Shown here one piece after another: positions 8,705 through 17,491 of a stretch of DNA of 40,852 nt (position 1 is its first letter; each line of letters opens with the position of its first letter). The DNA lies in contig JAPYPK010000002.1 of assembly GCA_029937655.1 (NCBI GenBank), forward strand, positions 1-40,852, given 5' to 3'. The stretch comes from Nitrospinaceae bacterium (GTDB lineage Bacteria; Nitrospinota; Nitrospinia; Nitrospinales; VA-1). The notes below the pieces were generated by a model. The model saw nothing but the letters and a program-made list of their open reading frames with translations. It was not told the DNA's origin and did no database searches. The position numbers were made by a program, and so were the translations under genes.

Positions 8705-11002
8705 TTAACTAAGACCGGATTTACGTCGTGTGAACCAGTCGAGCGAAAGAAAACTTAGAATAAGTGCATATACCCACCAGTTATCCCAAAGCGGAACATA
8801 CTTACTGCTGGTCTTAATTTCAATTTTCGGGTTCTTAAAGTTGACTTTTGAAAAATTAGTTTTTTTTGTCAAAATTTCATAATTGCCTCCAGAAACTTCG
8901 GCTATGCGTCTCAATAAAGTTTCGTTGACCCTAGGTTTTTGAAACTCAGCAGTTTCACTAAAAACCGAAAACTCCGTTTTCTCTTCCAACCTATGTTTAC
9001 CTGTCTCCATTTCAGCTTTAACGGTATAGAACCCCTCTTCTGTGGGTATAAACCGGTGCGAAGCTTCCCCATTCTTATTGGTCTTAAGAGTTGCAAGTTT
9101 CATATCACCTGAACGCGTCTTTATAGCCAGTCGTACTTTTGCTCCGACGTATGGATTGTAGTTTAACTGAAAAACGGATACACGAAGAAGAACCTCTTCT
9201 CCTTCTTCATAGCGCTCCTTGTGCGTTTCTATTTTCAACAACCGTGTCTCTGGTTCATCGATCAACCAGCTAATGAGATTGTTCCAAAATCTATGGTAAT
9301 GGCGGCCACTTCCACCCTCTCCTACCTGTCGAAAGTTCCAGTTCCACAAAGAATCTGTTGCTACAATAAGACTCCTCCCCTTACCGGCATGTCCAGTAAC
9401 TAATACTGGGTATTTGTCCCGACCCTTTACAAACGAAGCTAAAATATTCGCGTTTTTACGTGGTTTGAGTCCTAGATTGATTCCATTAAGTTCTGGCAGT
9501 TTCTCCCAAGCTCTACTATTACCACCTGGTTCTTTTTCAAGTTGGAGTATAGGATGGCGGGACGGATTTATTTCTAGTTGTATGGCAAACGATTCGTCTA
9601 CAAATGGTTGTGGTTTATCTTCCAAGTATACCGGTAAAATTTCTTCGATATCGGTTTGCGCATATCCACCCCCCTGAAATGACAACTCACCTCCGATCAT
9701 CACGAATGCGCCTCCACTTTCTACAAAATTTTTTATGTTAGTGAGATACCCTTTGTCTATAAATGGCTTGTAGCTAAAATTCTGAAACACGATGAGATCG
9801 AATGAATTCAGATAATCATTAAACAATAAGTTGGTTGGAAACGGAATAAGGCTCAATTCAGAAGTGGGAGACCCCACATCGTCATCTAATGTTCGCAAAA
9901 TAAAAAAAGATAAGAGGTCCACCTTCGGGTGGTTAGCTAAAACTTCACGTAGAAATCGTGAGTCCCATGATGGGCGTCCATTCAAATGTAGGACACGTAT
10001 ACGGTCACGGATGACTTTCACTTGAAAGTCTTTCCTGTTATTGATTGCTACGGACTCGCCTGCAAAGAGCGGGACAGTGAGAGAATATACGTGTTTACCT
10101 AATACATTTGGAGTGAATTCCAATTGCACAGAATAGCGGTTTCGCCCCTCTCTAATCTCTACAACACGGGAAAGCAATATGGTATCTCCATCTTTGAGCA
10201 CGAGGGGTATATTTCTGTTGCCTATATTTGAGGCACCGATGGTAACTGTCAAGTGTACTGGTTGATGAACAAAACCAAAATCGGCTGAATCAATTTCTTC
10301 GATGGCTAAATCTTTGAACATATGATTGGTTCCTGCTTGAAAACTGTGAACAGGTCCCTCCCAATTCGTAAGAAGAGCCAACAATCCAGAAGAGATAGTT
10401 TCAGGCGGCATTGCAAGATCTCCCCCATCCGAGAACAACATAACCCCTTGTAGAGATTTACCGTCGTACTGTGTTTTTAATTTAGAAAATACCGCTTCAA
10501 AGTCAGTGTTTGTTTTTTTAGGACTGTAATGTCCGCCCGAACTGAACGAATAAGTCGGTTCTATCTGGTCAGAAATCAAGTAATAGTCGAGTTGGAAAAC
10601 ATTGGCCAAGGACTCTAATACACCTTGGTTTGTTCCAAAGGCTTGTCGAACAATCTCGGCACGAGATTGCTCCGAGGGAAATGTTTTTATGGACATGCTC
10701 TTAGTATCATCAACTAAAACAGCAATTCTATTTTTAAGAATATGGCTTTTTTTGAATTCCAGCTCTGGTTGCAGGAGAATAAATATCAATAAAAAAAATG
10801 TGAGCGCTCGGAGGCTAATAAGAAAGGTTTTGCGGAATGGTGAATGGATTCGCTTGAGGCTGACCCAAAAAAACCACAAAGCTAGAGGAACTACAAACAA
10901 TATCAATATCCACGCGTACGATAGGTCTTTTGTTGCTAAACTTAGGCCAACTTCATTAAACTGAACAGGGTCTAGGCCAAAGAATTCGATAAGAACCTTC
11001 AT
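8705..11002 (-). CDS. BatA-type N-terminal double-TM / vWA-like / class-I glutamine-amidotransferase-like membrane protein
   Basis: The 765-aa ORF has an N-terminal pair of TM helices followed by VLVDDTKSMS (a DxTxS MIDAS-like motif) and GVMLFSDGGD (vWA-like). FDLIVFQNFSYKPF..FVESGGAFVMIGG looks like a GATase1/ThuA-like domain. An Ig/MG-like segment follows (EEVLLRVSVF..KTNKNGEASHRF), then a C-terminal TM helix. The ATG overlaps the upstream gene's stop as ATGA. Confidence 0.8.
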   Translation of the reverse strand: MKVLIEFFGLDPVQFNEVGLSLATKDLSYAWILILFVVPLALWFFWVSLKRIHSPFRKTFLISLRALTFFLLIFILLQPELEFKKSHILKNRIAVLVDDTKSMSIKTFPSEQSRAEIVRQAFGTNQGVLESLANVFQLDYYLISDQIEPTYSFSSGGHYSPKKTNTDFEAVFSKLKTQYDGKSLQGVMLFSDGGDLAMPPETISSGLLALLTNWEGPVHSFQAGTNHMFKDLAIEEIDSADFGFVHQPVHLTVTIGASNIGNRNIPLVLKDGDTILLSRVVEIREGRNRYSVQLEFTPNVLGKHVYSLTVPLFAGESVAINNRKDFQVKVIRDRIRVLHLNGRPSWDSRFLREVLANHPKVDLLSFFILRTLDDDVGSPTSELSLIPFPTNLLFNDYLNSFDLIVFQNFSYKPFIDKGYLTNIKNFVESGGAFVMIGGELSFQGGGYAQTDIEEILPVYLEDKPQPFVDESFAIQLEINPSRHPILQLEKEPGGNSRAWEKLPELNGINLGLKPRKNANILASFVKGRDKYPVLVTGHAGKGRSLIVATDSLWNWNFRQVGEGGSGRHYHRFWNNLISWLIDEPETRLLKIETHKERYEEGEEVLLRVSVFQLNYNPYVGAKVRLAIKTRSGDMKLATLKTNKNGEASHRFIPTEEGFYTVKAEMETGKHRLEEKTEFSVFSETAEFQKPRVNETLLRRIAEVSGGNYEILTKKTNFSKVNFKNPKIEIKTSSKYVPLWDNWWVYALILSFLSLDWFTRRKSGLS

Positions 11003-11754
11003 GGCAACTGATGCCTTTTCAACCGCTCAAGGATAATTGGCAAATGTACCATGTCTTTTTTGTAGTCTAGCGTAAGTGCATACATAATGATATTCACTCC
11101 AAGCCTTATCGCAAGCTGCCTTTGTCTACTGCCCCCACCAATAATATTATGAGCCCATTGCCCCAACTTATCTCTTGCCCAAGCGCCACCAAGGTCGTTC
11201 GCTGAGTATATAAGAACTGTGCGCCCTTTAATGTTAATTCCCTCTAAATATGAATTAACCTGCTTTCGTCCAGTCACTCGATTGATTAAATAAAAAGAAC
11301 GAAAGATTGAATGGTCTCGGGAAATTTTCTTTAAAGGAACTTGCGGGAATAGCCCCTCAATCATTTTACGAACCGAAATATCAAATTTTGAGTTGGTATT
11401 GGAGGAATTGTCGTCTACAAGGAGAAATCCTCCATAACTCAGATAATTTCTGAGACGTTGCAGTTCATTAGCAGACAATACCTCAAACTCTTTACTACCC
11501 GCCATATAGATGAAAGGATATTGGTAAAGGTTGGGATGAGACAATGCTATCTGAGCTAGCCCCCGGTTAGTTTCAATAGAAGTTCTACGCTCAACCTGTC
11601 CTAGCAAACTATCAATGGCTGTTGGGTGGGGGATAGAATTGCCACCTTCATATTTAATTTGAGGAATGAATAAGTTTGAATAATCGGCGTAAGCGGTGGC
11701 TATACCGATCTTAAAGAACAACAAGCTAATTATTAACTTAAATAAGTTGACCAT
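10999..11754 (-). CDS. DUF4159-domain secreted protein
   Basis: YPFIYMAGSKEFEVLSANELQRLRNYLSYGGFLLVDD and DHSIFRSFYLI match the DUF4159 pattern as I remember it. The ATG at 11754 gives the signal peptide MVNLFKLIISLLFFKIGIATAYA. The ORF-track start at 11790 is a TTG. Confidence 0.78.
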   Translation of the reverse strand: MVNLFKLIISLLFFKIGIATAYADYSNLFIPQIKYEGGNSIPHPTAIDSLLGQVERRTSIETNRGLAQIALSHPNLYQYPFIYMAGSKEFEVLSANELQRLRNYLSYGGFLLVDDNSSNTNSKFDISVRKMIEGLFPQVPLKKISRDHSIFRSFYLINRVTGRKQVNSYLEGINIKGRTVLIYSANDLGGAWARDKLGQWAHNIIGGGSRQRQLAIRLGVNIIMYALTLDYKKDMVHLPIILERLKRHQLP

Positions 11755-11830
11755 TAAGTTAAGTATAAGAGGGGGTTGGGAAATATTCAATCATCATTAA
11801 GAGACGTTTTCTAATCGCTATTATAAAGCT

Positions 11831-11859
11831 TTGCCCCTCTCCGTGCTGTAGGTTAAACT
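11831..11859 (+). promoter_or_regulatory. Candidate promoter for the aminotransferase gene (TTGCCC-N17-TAAACT)
   Basis: The sequence reads TTGCCCctctccgtgctgtaggtTAAACT and lies about 45 nt upstream of the ATG at 11905. Both hexamers are only moderate matches. Confidence 0.3.
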
Positions 11860-11904
11860 GCAACACATCTGTTATAAATTTATACCGTGAACCAGAAAAA
11901 AGTT

Positions 11905-12996
11905 ATGAAAAAAATGACTCTAATGAACCCAGGCCCTGTCAACGTAACTGACAGGGTACGAGATGCCCAACTCCGTGGGGATCTGTGCCACCGAGAACCT
12001 GAATTTTCAGATTTAATGGGGTCAATCAGAAAAAAACTATTGCAAGCGTTTGACATCGAAAAGGAGTATTCGGCCATTTTAATAACTGGGTCAGGAACTG
12101 CCGCTTTAGAGATGGCAGTTTCATCATGCCTCGCCCCTGACCGATCGATGCTGGTAATTCAAAACGGCGTGTATGGTAACCGCATCGGTAAAATGGCAGA
12201 TGTCTACCGAATGAGCAAACATATAATAAATTATAACTGGGGTGAAATACCTAGACTCGAAGAAGTTGAACAAGCGCTAAAAGAGAACTCCTCGATTGAA
12301 GTAATTGCCATGGTCCACCATGAAACAACAACTGGTCTACTGAACCCGCTTCCTGAAATTGCTTTACTGGCGAAGCAGTACGACAAGCGTTTGGTAGTAG
12401 ATTGCATCAGCAGTTTAGGAGGAGATAAGATTAACTTTGGACAATATCCAATCGATTTTGCGGTTGGAACCGCCAATAAATGCATCCATGGTTTGCCGGG
12501 TGTTTCCTTCGTTCTTCATAGGAAAAAAGATCTCTCCCGGATAAAAGACATACCTGCTCGTTCAGTATACTTTGACCTTGCAGAACACCTCAAAGTTCAG
12601 GAGCAAGGAGACACCCTCTTTACCCCAGCAATTCAAGCACATTATGCTTTAAATGCTGCCCTCGAAGAATTATTAGAAGAAACCGTCGATAGGCGAATAG
12701 AGCGTTACAGGAAAATAGCTGAAGGCTTACGCAAAGGGTTTAAAGAAATTGGCCTTGACTTTCTGATACCAGAAAGTCACCGGTCCAATTGTCTGACTGC
12801 ATTAAAACTTCCCAACGGTCTTTCCTATGACTGGCTTCATGACAAGCTAAAAAAAAATGGATTCATCATTTATGCGGGACAAGGTCTATTTAATAAAAAA
12901 ATTTTTAGAATAGCTAACATGGGAAACATTGAAGATGAAAAATTCGATTTTTGCTTAAAAGTTCTCAAAGAATGTGTCACAAAAATCAGAGAGTAG
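11905..12996 (+). CDS. Class V (PLP) aminotransferase, 2-aminoethylphosphonate:pyruvate (PhnW/AepZ)-like
   Basis: LMNPGPVNVTDRVRDAQLRGDLCHREPEFSDL, MVHHETTTGLLNPL and the PLP-lysine context GTANKCIHGLPGVSF resemble PhnW-type class V aminotransferases. The start is ambiguous: GTG at 11887, or ATG at 11905, 11914 or 11923. Confidence 0.85.
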   Translation: MKKMTLMNPGPVNVTDRVRDAQLRGDLCHREPEFSDLMGSIRKKLLQAFDIEKEYSAILITGSGTAALEMAVSSCLAPDRSMLVIQNGVYGNRIGKMADVYRMSKHIINYNWGEIPRLEEVEQALKENSSIEVIAMVHHETTTGLLNPLPEIALLAKQYDKRLVVDCISSLGGDKINFGQYPIDFAVGTANKCIHGLPGVSFVLHRKKDLSRIKDIPARSVYFDLAEHLKVQEQGDTLFTPAIQAHYALNAALEELLEETVDRRIERYRKIAEGLRKGFKEIGLDFLIPESHRSNCLTALKLPNGLSYDWLHDKLKKNGFIIYAGQGLFNKKIFRIANMGNIEDEKFDFCLKVLKECVTKIRE

Positions 12997-13005
12997 GAGA
13001 ATTTT

Positions 13006-13692
13006 ATGACTTTGTATGAACTGATGAACGAATACGCTACCGAAAACCCTACTCCATCTAACAAGGAGGACTTAACACCCGAACTAGGGAGAAGTCTATC
13101 CCTTCTTCATTCAAGTTTAATCGAATGTGACCTGGCAAGCGAGGAACAGGGAGGGACATCTCGTTTAATCGCGGACTCCTGTGACATTGAACCCTCGCAC
13201 CTCAGTCACTTTATCGTGGCCTACCTACCGCTTAAGTCCATCACTAAAAAAACAGAAATCAATCATGTGCTTTTTGAAATATACTCTTTTTTTAACTGGC
13301 TAGATAAAAAAAAGATCGCTCATGGATTCTCAAACACAAATATTTCGCAACTAGTAAAACAGCTATGTGCCAAACTGGAACGATGCCTCAAGCTCAGCCA
13401 ACTACTAGACAGCGAATCATCCCGAGTCCTTAAAGACCCACCAGTTATCCAAAATACGCTCAACGATGTATTTTTGGTCCAAAAAATTAAAGGGAACTTT
13501 GTCTCACTTAAAGGACGCTATCATGAAAAACTCCTACGACTAAGGCTTCCACCCGACACCATTAAACTCATCCAATTAGACGATTATCTAGATTTGATTG
13601 TGGGAGACACTTCTGAAAAGTGGGTTTTACTGGAAGCAGGCCAAGCCTACCCAAAAATAAAAAGTAATGAGTCTCTAAAAAGATTTTCTTGA
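13006..13692 (+). CDS. Hypothetical protein (228 aa), co-oriented with the aminotransferase and 9 nt downstream of it
   Basis: The ATG is preceded by AGGAG with a 7-nt spacer. The composition looks coding. I recognise no motif. Confidence 0.7.
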   Translation: MTLYELMNEYATENPTPSNKEDLTPELGRSLSLLHSSLIECDLASEEQGGTSRLIADSCDIEPSHLSHFIVAYLPLKSITKKTEINHVLFEIYSFFNWLDKKKIAHGFSNTNISQLVKQLCAKLERCLKLSQLLDSESSRVLKDPPVIQNTLNDVFLVQKIKGNFVSLKGRYHEKLLRLRLPPDTIKLIQLDDYLDLIVGDTSEKWVLLEAGQAYPKIKSNESLKRFS

Positions 13693-14035
13693 ATTAATAA
13701 CCTCCCATTATTTTGATTGTAACGTCTAAACAATAGGGTCCAGGGAGTTTTTCAAAAAGACCCAAGACAGCGAAATAAACCAACCCATCGAAGGGGATTT
13801 TAAAGTATCAAACTAGCTACCCCTCGTTGGTTTACCCATGATTTTAATGCCTTAATTATGAGAAAATTTATTTAATTGCCTAATTAGAGGTTGAAAAAAT
13901 CTATATAAATAAAAAATAAGACCAAAAACATTAACTTGAAAAAACAGGTGAAATACTTTAAAAAGACTTCTTTAAAACAAATAAGTCTGGTCGAACACGA
14001 GTTATCTGATCACACTAGCCTCCACGAGTTCCGAC

Positions 14036-15583
14036 ATGGAATTTAAAATTAATTATCAAGATATGTTTTGGGCTGCTCTAAGCCCAGAACTCACATTGCT
14101 GTCTACCGCATTTTTTCTCCTACTAATTGGTCTTAAAAAAAATTTCAACACTAACGAATATCTGTCCAAGGCAACGCTGGTGGGCATTGCTATTTCGTTT
14201 TTCTTTTCATTAACATTATGGGAAAGTGCTCCAACTATAGGGAACGGTCTACAACCTGACATGTTCAGCAATTCGTTGATCCACGATAAATTTGGCCAGG
14301 GGTTTAATATTGTTTTTTTACTCATGGCAATATTCGCAGTCATGGGGTCAGCCAAATACCCACAATTCGACCACGAAAATAAATCTGAGTACTTTTCGCT
14401 GATACTTATGGCAGTTGTGGGAATGATGTTTTTAGCAAAATCCGGAAACATGATCACTGCATTCGTATCGCTCGAAATATTTTCTATTTCCCTGTATATC
14501 CTTTGCGGTTTTTCAGCTAAACATGGGACAGGAAAGGAAAGTCCATCAAGCACCCCTAACTTAAAATGGGCAACCCTTGCCTCGCAAGAGTCAACTGTCA
14601 AATACCTTCTAACAGGTGCATTCGCCTCTGCAATTTTAGTTTATGGGATGGCTCTGATATATGCAGGTACTGGGACAACAGAAATCCGCCTTATTGGTCA
14701 GCTTTTGCACTGCGATGAAGCGGGGGAATGCACAAACCCTTATAGTCGTAACACACTCGTATATATTGGAATGGGCTTGTTGTTTTCTGGGCTTGCGTTC
14801 AAGGTTTCCCTTGCACCATTCCATTCCTGGACCCCAGACGTTTACCAAGGAGCACCCACTCCCATTACTGGTTTCATGTCTGTCGCCACAAAAGCCGCAG
14901 CCTTTGCATTGATCGCAAGATTTTTTTTTACTGCCTTTTCAGAACTACACAGCATATGGATGCCCTTTCTTTTTGGAATATCAGTCCTAACGATGTTTGT
15001 AGGAAACATCGCAGCTATTTTTCAGGATGACGTTAAGCGAATGCTCGCTTACTCAGGTGTGGCTCACGCTGGTTATTTGCTTATAGGTATCGTCGCTAAT
15101 AGCCAGGACGGCGTAGCAAGTCTTATATTTTATCTCAACGTCTATCTCTTCATGAATATCGGGGCATTTGCAGTGGTTTTTATAATGGAGGGAGAAGGTG
15201 AAAAAGGAAATTCTGTTTCTCGTTTCAAAGGGCTAGCCAAAAAACACCCGTTACTCGCTGGAACAATGAGCCTGTTTTTGCTTTCTCTTGCCGGGTTTCC
15301 CCCAACCGCGGGTTTCTTTGGAAAATTTTACGTTTTTATGGCTGCTATCAAACAAGGATACATCTTAATCACAATCATGGCAGTGATTTCCACTGTAGTC
15401 TCCGTTTATTTCTATTTAAGAATCATTGTCATGATGTATTTTCATGAAAACGAGAGTGAAGAGAAAGTAGTCATCCACCGGGGTATGGGAACCCTTATTG
15501 CTTTAAGTGCCATCGCTATTATTTTAATTGGGTTCTTTCCTTCAGGTCTGATGGGTATCGCGTTGGACTCGATTCCCTTCTAA
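14036..15583 (+). CDS. nuoN: NADH-quinone oxidoreductase subunit N (ND2 / Mrp-antiporter-like), unlinked to nuoA-G
   Basis: The 515-aa polytopic membrane protein contains FKVSLAPFHSWTPDVYQGAPTPITGFMS, KRMLAYSGVAHAGYLL and LAGFPPTAGFFGKFYVF, which are NuoN hallmarks. Confidence 0.9.
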   Translation: MEFKINYQDMFWAALSPELTLLSTAFFLLLIGLKKNFNTNEYLSKATLVGIAISFFFSLTLWESAPTIGNGLQPDMFSNSLIHDKFGQGFNIVFLLMAIFAVMGSAKYPQFDHENKSEYFSLILMAVVGMMFLAKSGNMITAFVSLEIFSISLYILCGFSAKHGTGKESPSSTPNLKWATLASQESTVKYLLTGAFASAILVYGMALIYAGTGTTEIRLIGQLLHCDEAGECTNPYSRNTLVYIGMGLLFSGLAFKVSLAPFHSWTPDVYQGAPTPITGFMSVATKAAAFALIARFFFTAFSELHSIWMPFLFGISVLTMFVGNIAAIFQDDVKRMLAYSGVAHAGYLLIGIVANSQDGVASLIFYLNVYLFMNIGAFAVVFIMEGEGEKGNSVSRFKGLAKKHPLLAGTMSLFLLSLAGFPPTAGFFGKFYVFMAAIKQGYILITIMAVISTVVSVYFYLRIIVMMYFHENESEEKVVIHRGMGTLIALSAIAIILIGFFPSGLMGIALDSIPF

Positions 15584-15731
15584 TCTAATCTGCAAAGATA
15601 AAGTATATCCAGGTATATAAAAAAAACCTAAGAAATGTGTCTTGCTTAAGTTTTCCTGAATTGTGCTATATCACAATAAACACTTGGGCTAACAACCTAG
15701 AAATTAAGCAATGCTAGTTTCAACATAATGG

Positions 15732-16169
15732 CTAACGCTCTAGCACGAAAGTAACTGGGCCATCATTGACCGATTGCACTTTCATATCTGCCGCAAATCT
15801 TCCCATGGCAACCTTAAGCCCCGACCGATTCAATAACTCGACATAAGCTTCGTAAAGTGTCCGAGCAGTATCGGGGTCTGCTGCCCTATCAAATCCTGGG
15901 CGCCTACCACGCGAACAGTCTCCAGCAAGGGTAAACTGAGAAACCACTAAAATATCACCCCCGATATCAACGCAAGAAAGATTCATTTTCCCCCTATCAT
16001 CGGGGAAAACCCTTAAGTTTAAAGTTTTATCAGCTAGAAAAGAAGTTTGATCTCCCCCGTCCCCTTTTTCAACACCAAATAAAACCAGTATCCCTCTATT
16101 GATATTGGCTATTTCCTCCTCGCCGACACAGACAGAGGCACAGGTTACACGCTGAAGAATCAACTTCAC
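15732..16169 (-). CDS. dtd: D-aminoacyl-tRNA deacylase
   Basis: The 145-aa ORF starts with GTG (MKLILQRV) and contains SQFTLAGD, GRRPGF and NDGPVTF. Confidence 0.93.
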   Translation of the reverse strand: MKLILQRVTCASVCVGEEEIANINRGILVLFGVEKGDGGDQTSFLADKTLNLRVFPDDRGKMNLSCVDIGGDILVVSQFTLAGDCSRGRRPGFDRAADPDTARTLYEAYVELLNRSGLKVAMGRFAADMKVQSVNDGPVTFVLER

Positions 16170-16244
16170 TTGCTAAAATTCTGATAAAAATTCATATTTT
16201 TTCAAAAGAATAAAAAAAACCACTAATACAATCATAACTAAATG

Positions 16245-16421
16245 TTACCGTGCTGAAAAAAAACGTGTCTCCGTCCCCCCTGGCCCGATCTTTACTTTAA
16301 CTTCCCCATTACATTTAGGGCACTTTCCTTCGTAAGCGTTTTTTTCCTTGTTCATATAAATACGACGATAAATATTGCAACATTCGAATAAGATTCCAAT
16401 AAATTTACCTTCTCTTGTCAT
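16245..16421 (-). CDS. Small Cys4 (zinc-ribbon-like) protein, 58 aa, below the ORF-track cutoff
   Basis: I translated this by hand: MTREGKFIGILFECCNIYRRIYMNKEKNAYEGKCPKCNGEVKVKIGPGGTETRFFSAR, ending in TAA. It has ATG at 16419-16421 and the Cys pairs CC..CPKC. It fills an otherwise empty 330-bp gap between the TerB-like gene and dtd on the same strand. The SD is weak. Confidence 0.5.
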   Translation of the reverse strand: MTREGKFIGILFECCNIYRRIYMNKEKNAYEGKCPKCNGEVKVKIGPGGTETRFFSAR

Positions 16422-16501
16422 CTAAGGTGCCTGATTCTTTGTACTAGAATAGTCTTCCCCTAGTTCTAAATTTCATCAAAACCATAGAACAAGTTTTGTG
16501 C

Positions 16502-17407
16502 TCAAAGTTGGCGCAAACGAGAAACAACTTTCATTTTAGCTTCAATAAACACTTTATGAGGAATGCGCAAAGCTTTAGTAATTCGTCTAATTTCTTCTGC
16601 TTCTTCGTGAGAAAGTACTCCATCAGCACCGCCCACTGCCAACATACAGTTAGCAATATCAACTTTCTCGTTATAGGTCACCAGATTGTTAAGTTCCGTT
16701 GTTACTTCGTGGGAGTCAAAACCATGTTTAGTCAGTTCTATAATTACTTCAAATAAGATTTCAAGTTCTTGGTTTTTAAAATCAAAATATCCTGACAGTT
16801 CTTTTTTGAAAACTTTTTTTTCTGAATTATCGAAATGCCCATCAACATTTGAAACAGATGCCATCAATGCCCCGAGAAGGCAAATAAAGTACAACTTGTC
16901 TTCCGGTAGATTCATTTTCACACCCAACCTTGCTGTTTTCAGTTCTACTTTCTTAAGAACCTTACGCTTGAAATATTTTTCTAAATCCAAGTTCTTGCCA
17001 CGCGTACGAGAGAAAATTGTTTTACCAAGTAAGTTTCGGATTTTTCCAAGTGACCTTTTTGTGACCGATGTTTTTTCAAGCAATTCACGAAATTGCCTCA
17101 CCAGTTCTTTCTCTTCATTCCCTATTCGTTTACTGGCCTGTTCCATGGACTCCAACGCAGTTAAAATTTCCTCTTTTTCACTTTCATTGTTCAACTCATG
17201 CACTAACTGGTCATACAACTCCGTTTGTTCTTTCTTTGAAACCGGTGCAGCAAGATAATGCCTTAATTCGGCAAGTTCACCTTTATCCAAATCGAATTTT
17301 CTGTAAAAAGATTTGAGAATGTTTAGCTCGGATTGGGTTACCTCGCCATCTGCCCATGCAATAGTGGTTAAAACCTTCAAAAATGTAAGTTTTTTAAAAT
17401 ATGACAT
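16502..17407 (-). CDS. TerB-like (tellurite-resistance TerB / DjlA-N-like) repeat protein
   Basis: There are three copies of the A-D-G-x-h-x-x-x-E module: IAWADGEVTQSELNIL, VSNVDGHFDNSEKKVF and VGGADGVLSHEEAEEI. The ATG at 17407 gives MSYFKK. The ORF-track start at 17449 is a TTG. Confidence 0.78.
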   Translation of the reverse strand: MSYFKKLTFLKVLTTIAWADGEVTQSELNILKSFYRKFDLDKGELAELRHYLAAPVSKKEQTELYDQLVHELNNESEKEEILTALESMEQASKRIGNEEKELVRQFRELLEKTSVTKRSLGKIRNLLGKTIFSRTRGKNLDLEKYFKRKVLKKVELKTARLGVKMNLPEDKLYFICLLGALMASVSNVDGHFDNSEKKVFKKELSGYFDFKNQELEILFEVIIELTKHGFDSHEVTTELNNLVTYNEKVDIANCMLAVGGADGVLSHEEAEEIRRITKALRIPHKVFIEAKMKVVSRLRQL

Positions 17408-17491
17408 GACGCCTTTCTTTATAAAAAAATTATTCCAACTCCTACTCAACCACCAAATATCTTGGACGTTAAAAATACTTAGAGGAAAACT

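Noticed and set aside
14056-14601. A 181-aa minus-strand ORF antisense to nuoN.
   Set aside because: It is a shadow ORF within a clearly conserved membrane-protein gene. The same reasoning rejects 10602..10964, 16686..17258, 20321..20731, 24144..24512, 32627..33046, 33820..34125, 36003..36365 and 39211..39636, which lie antisense to confidently identified genes.
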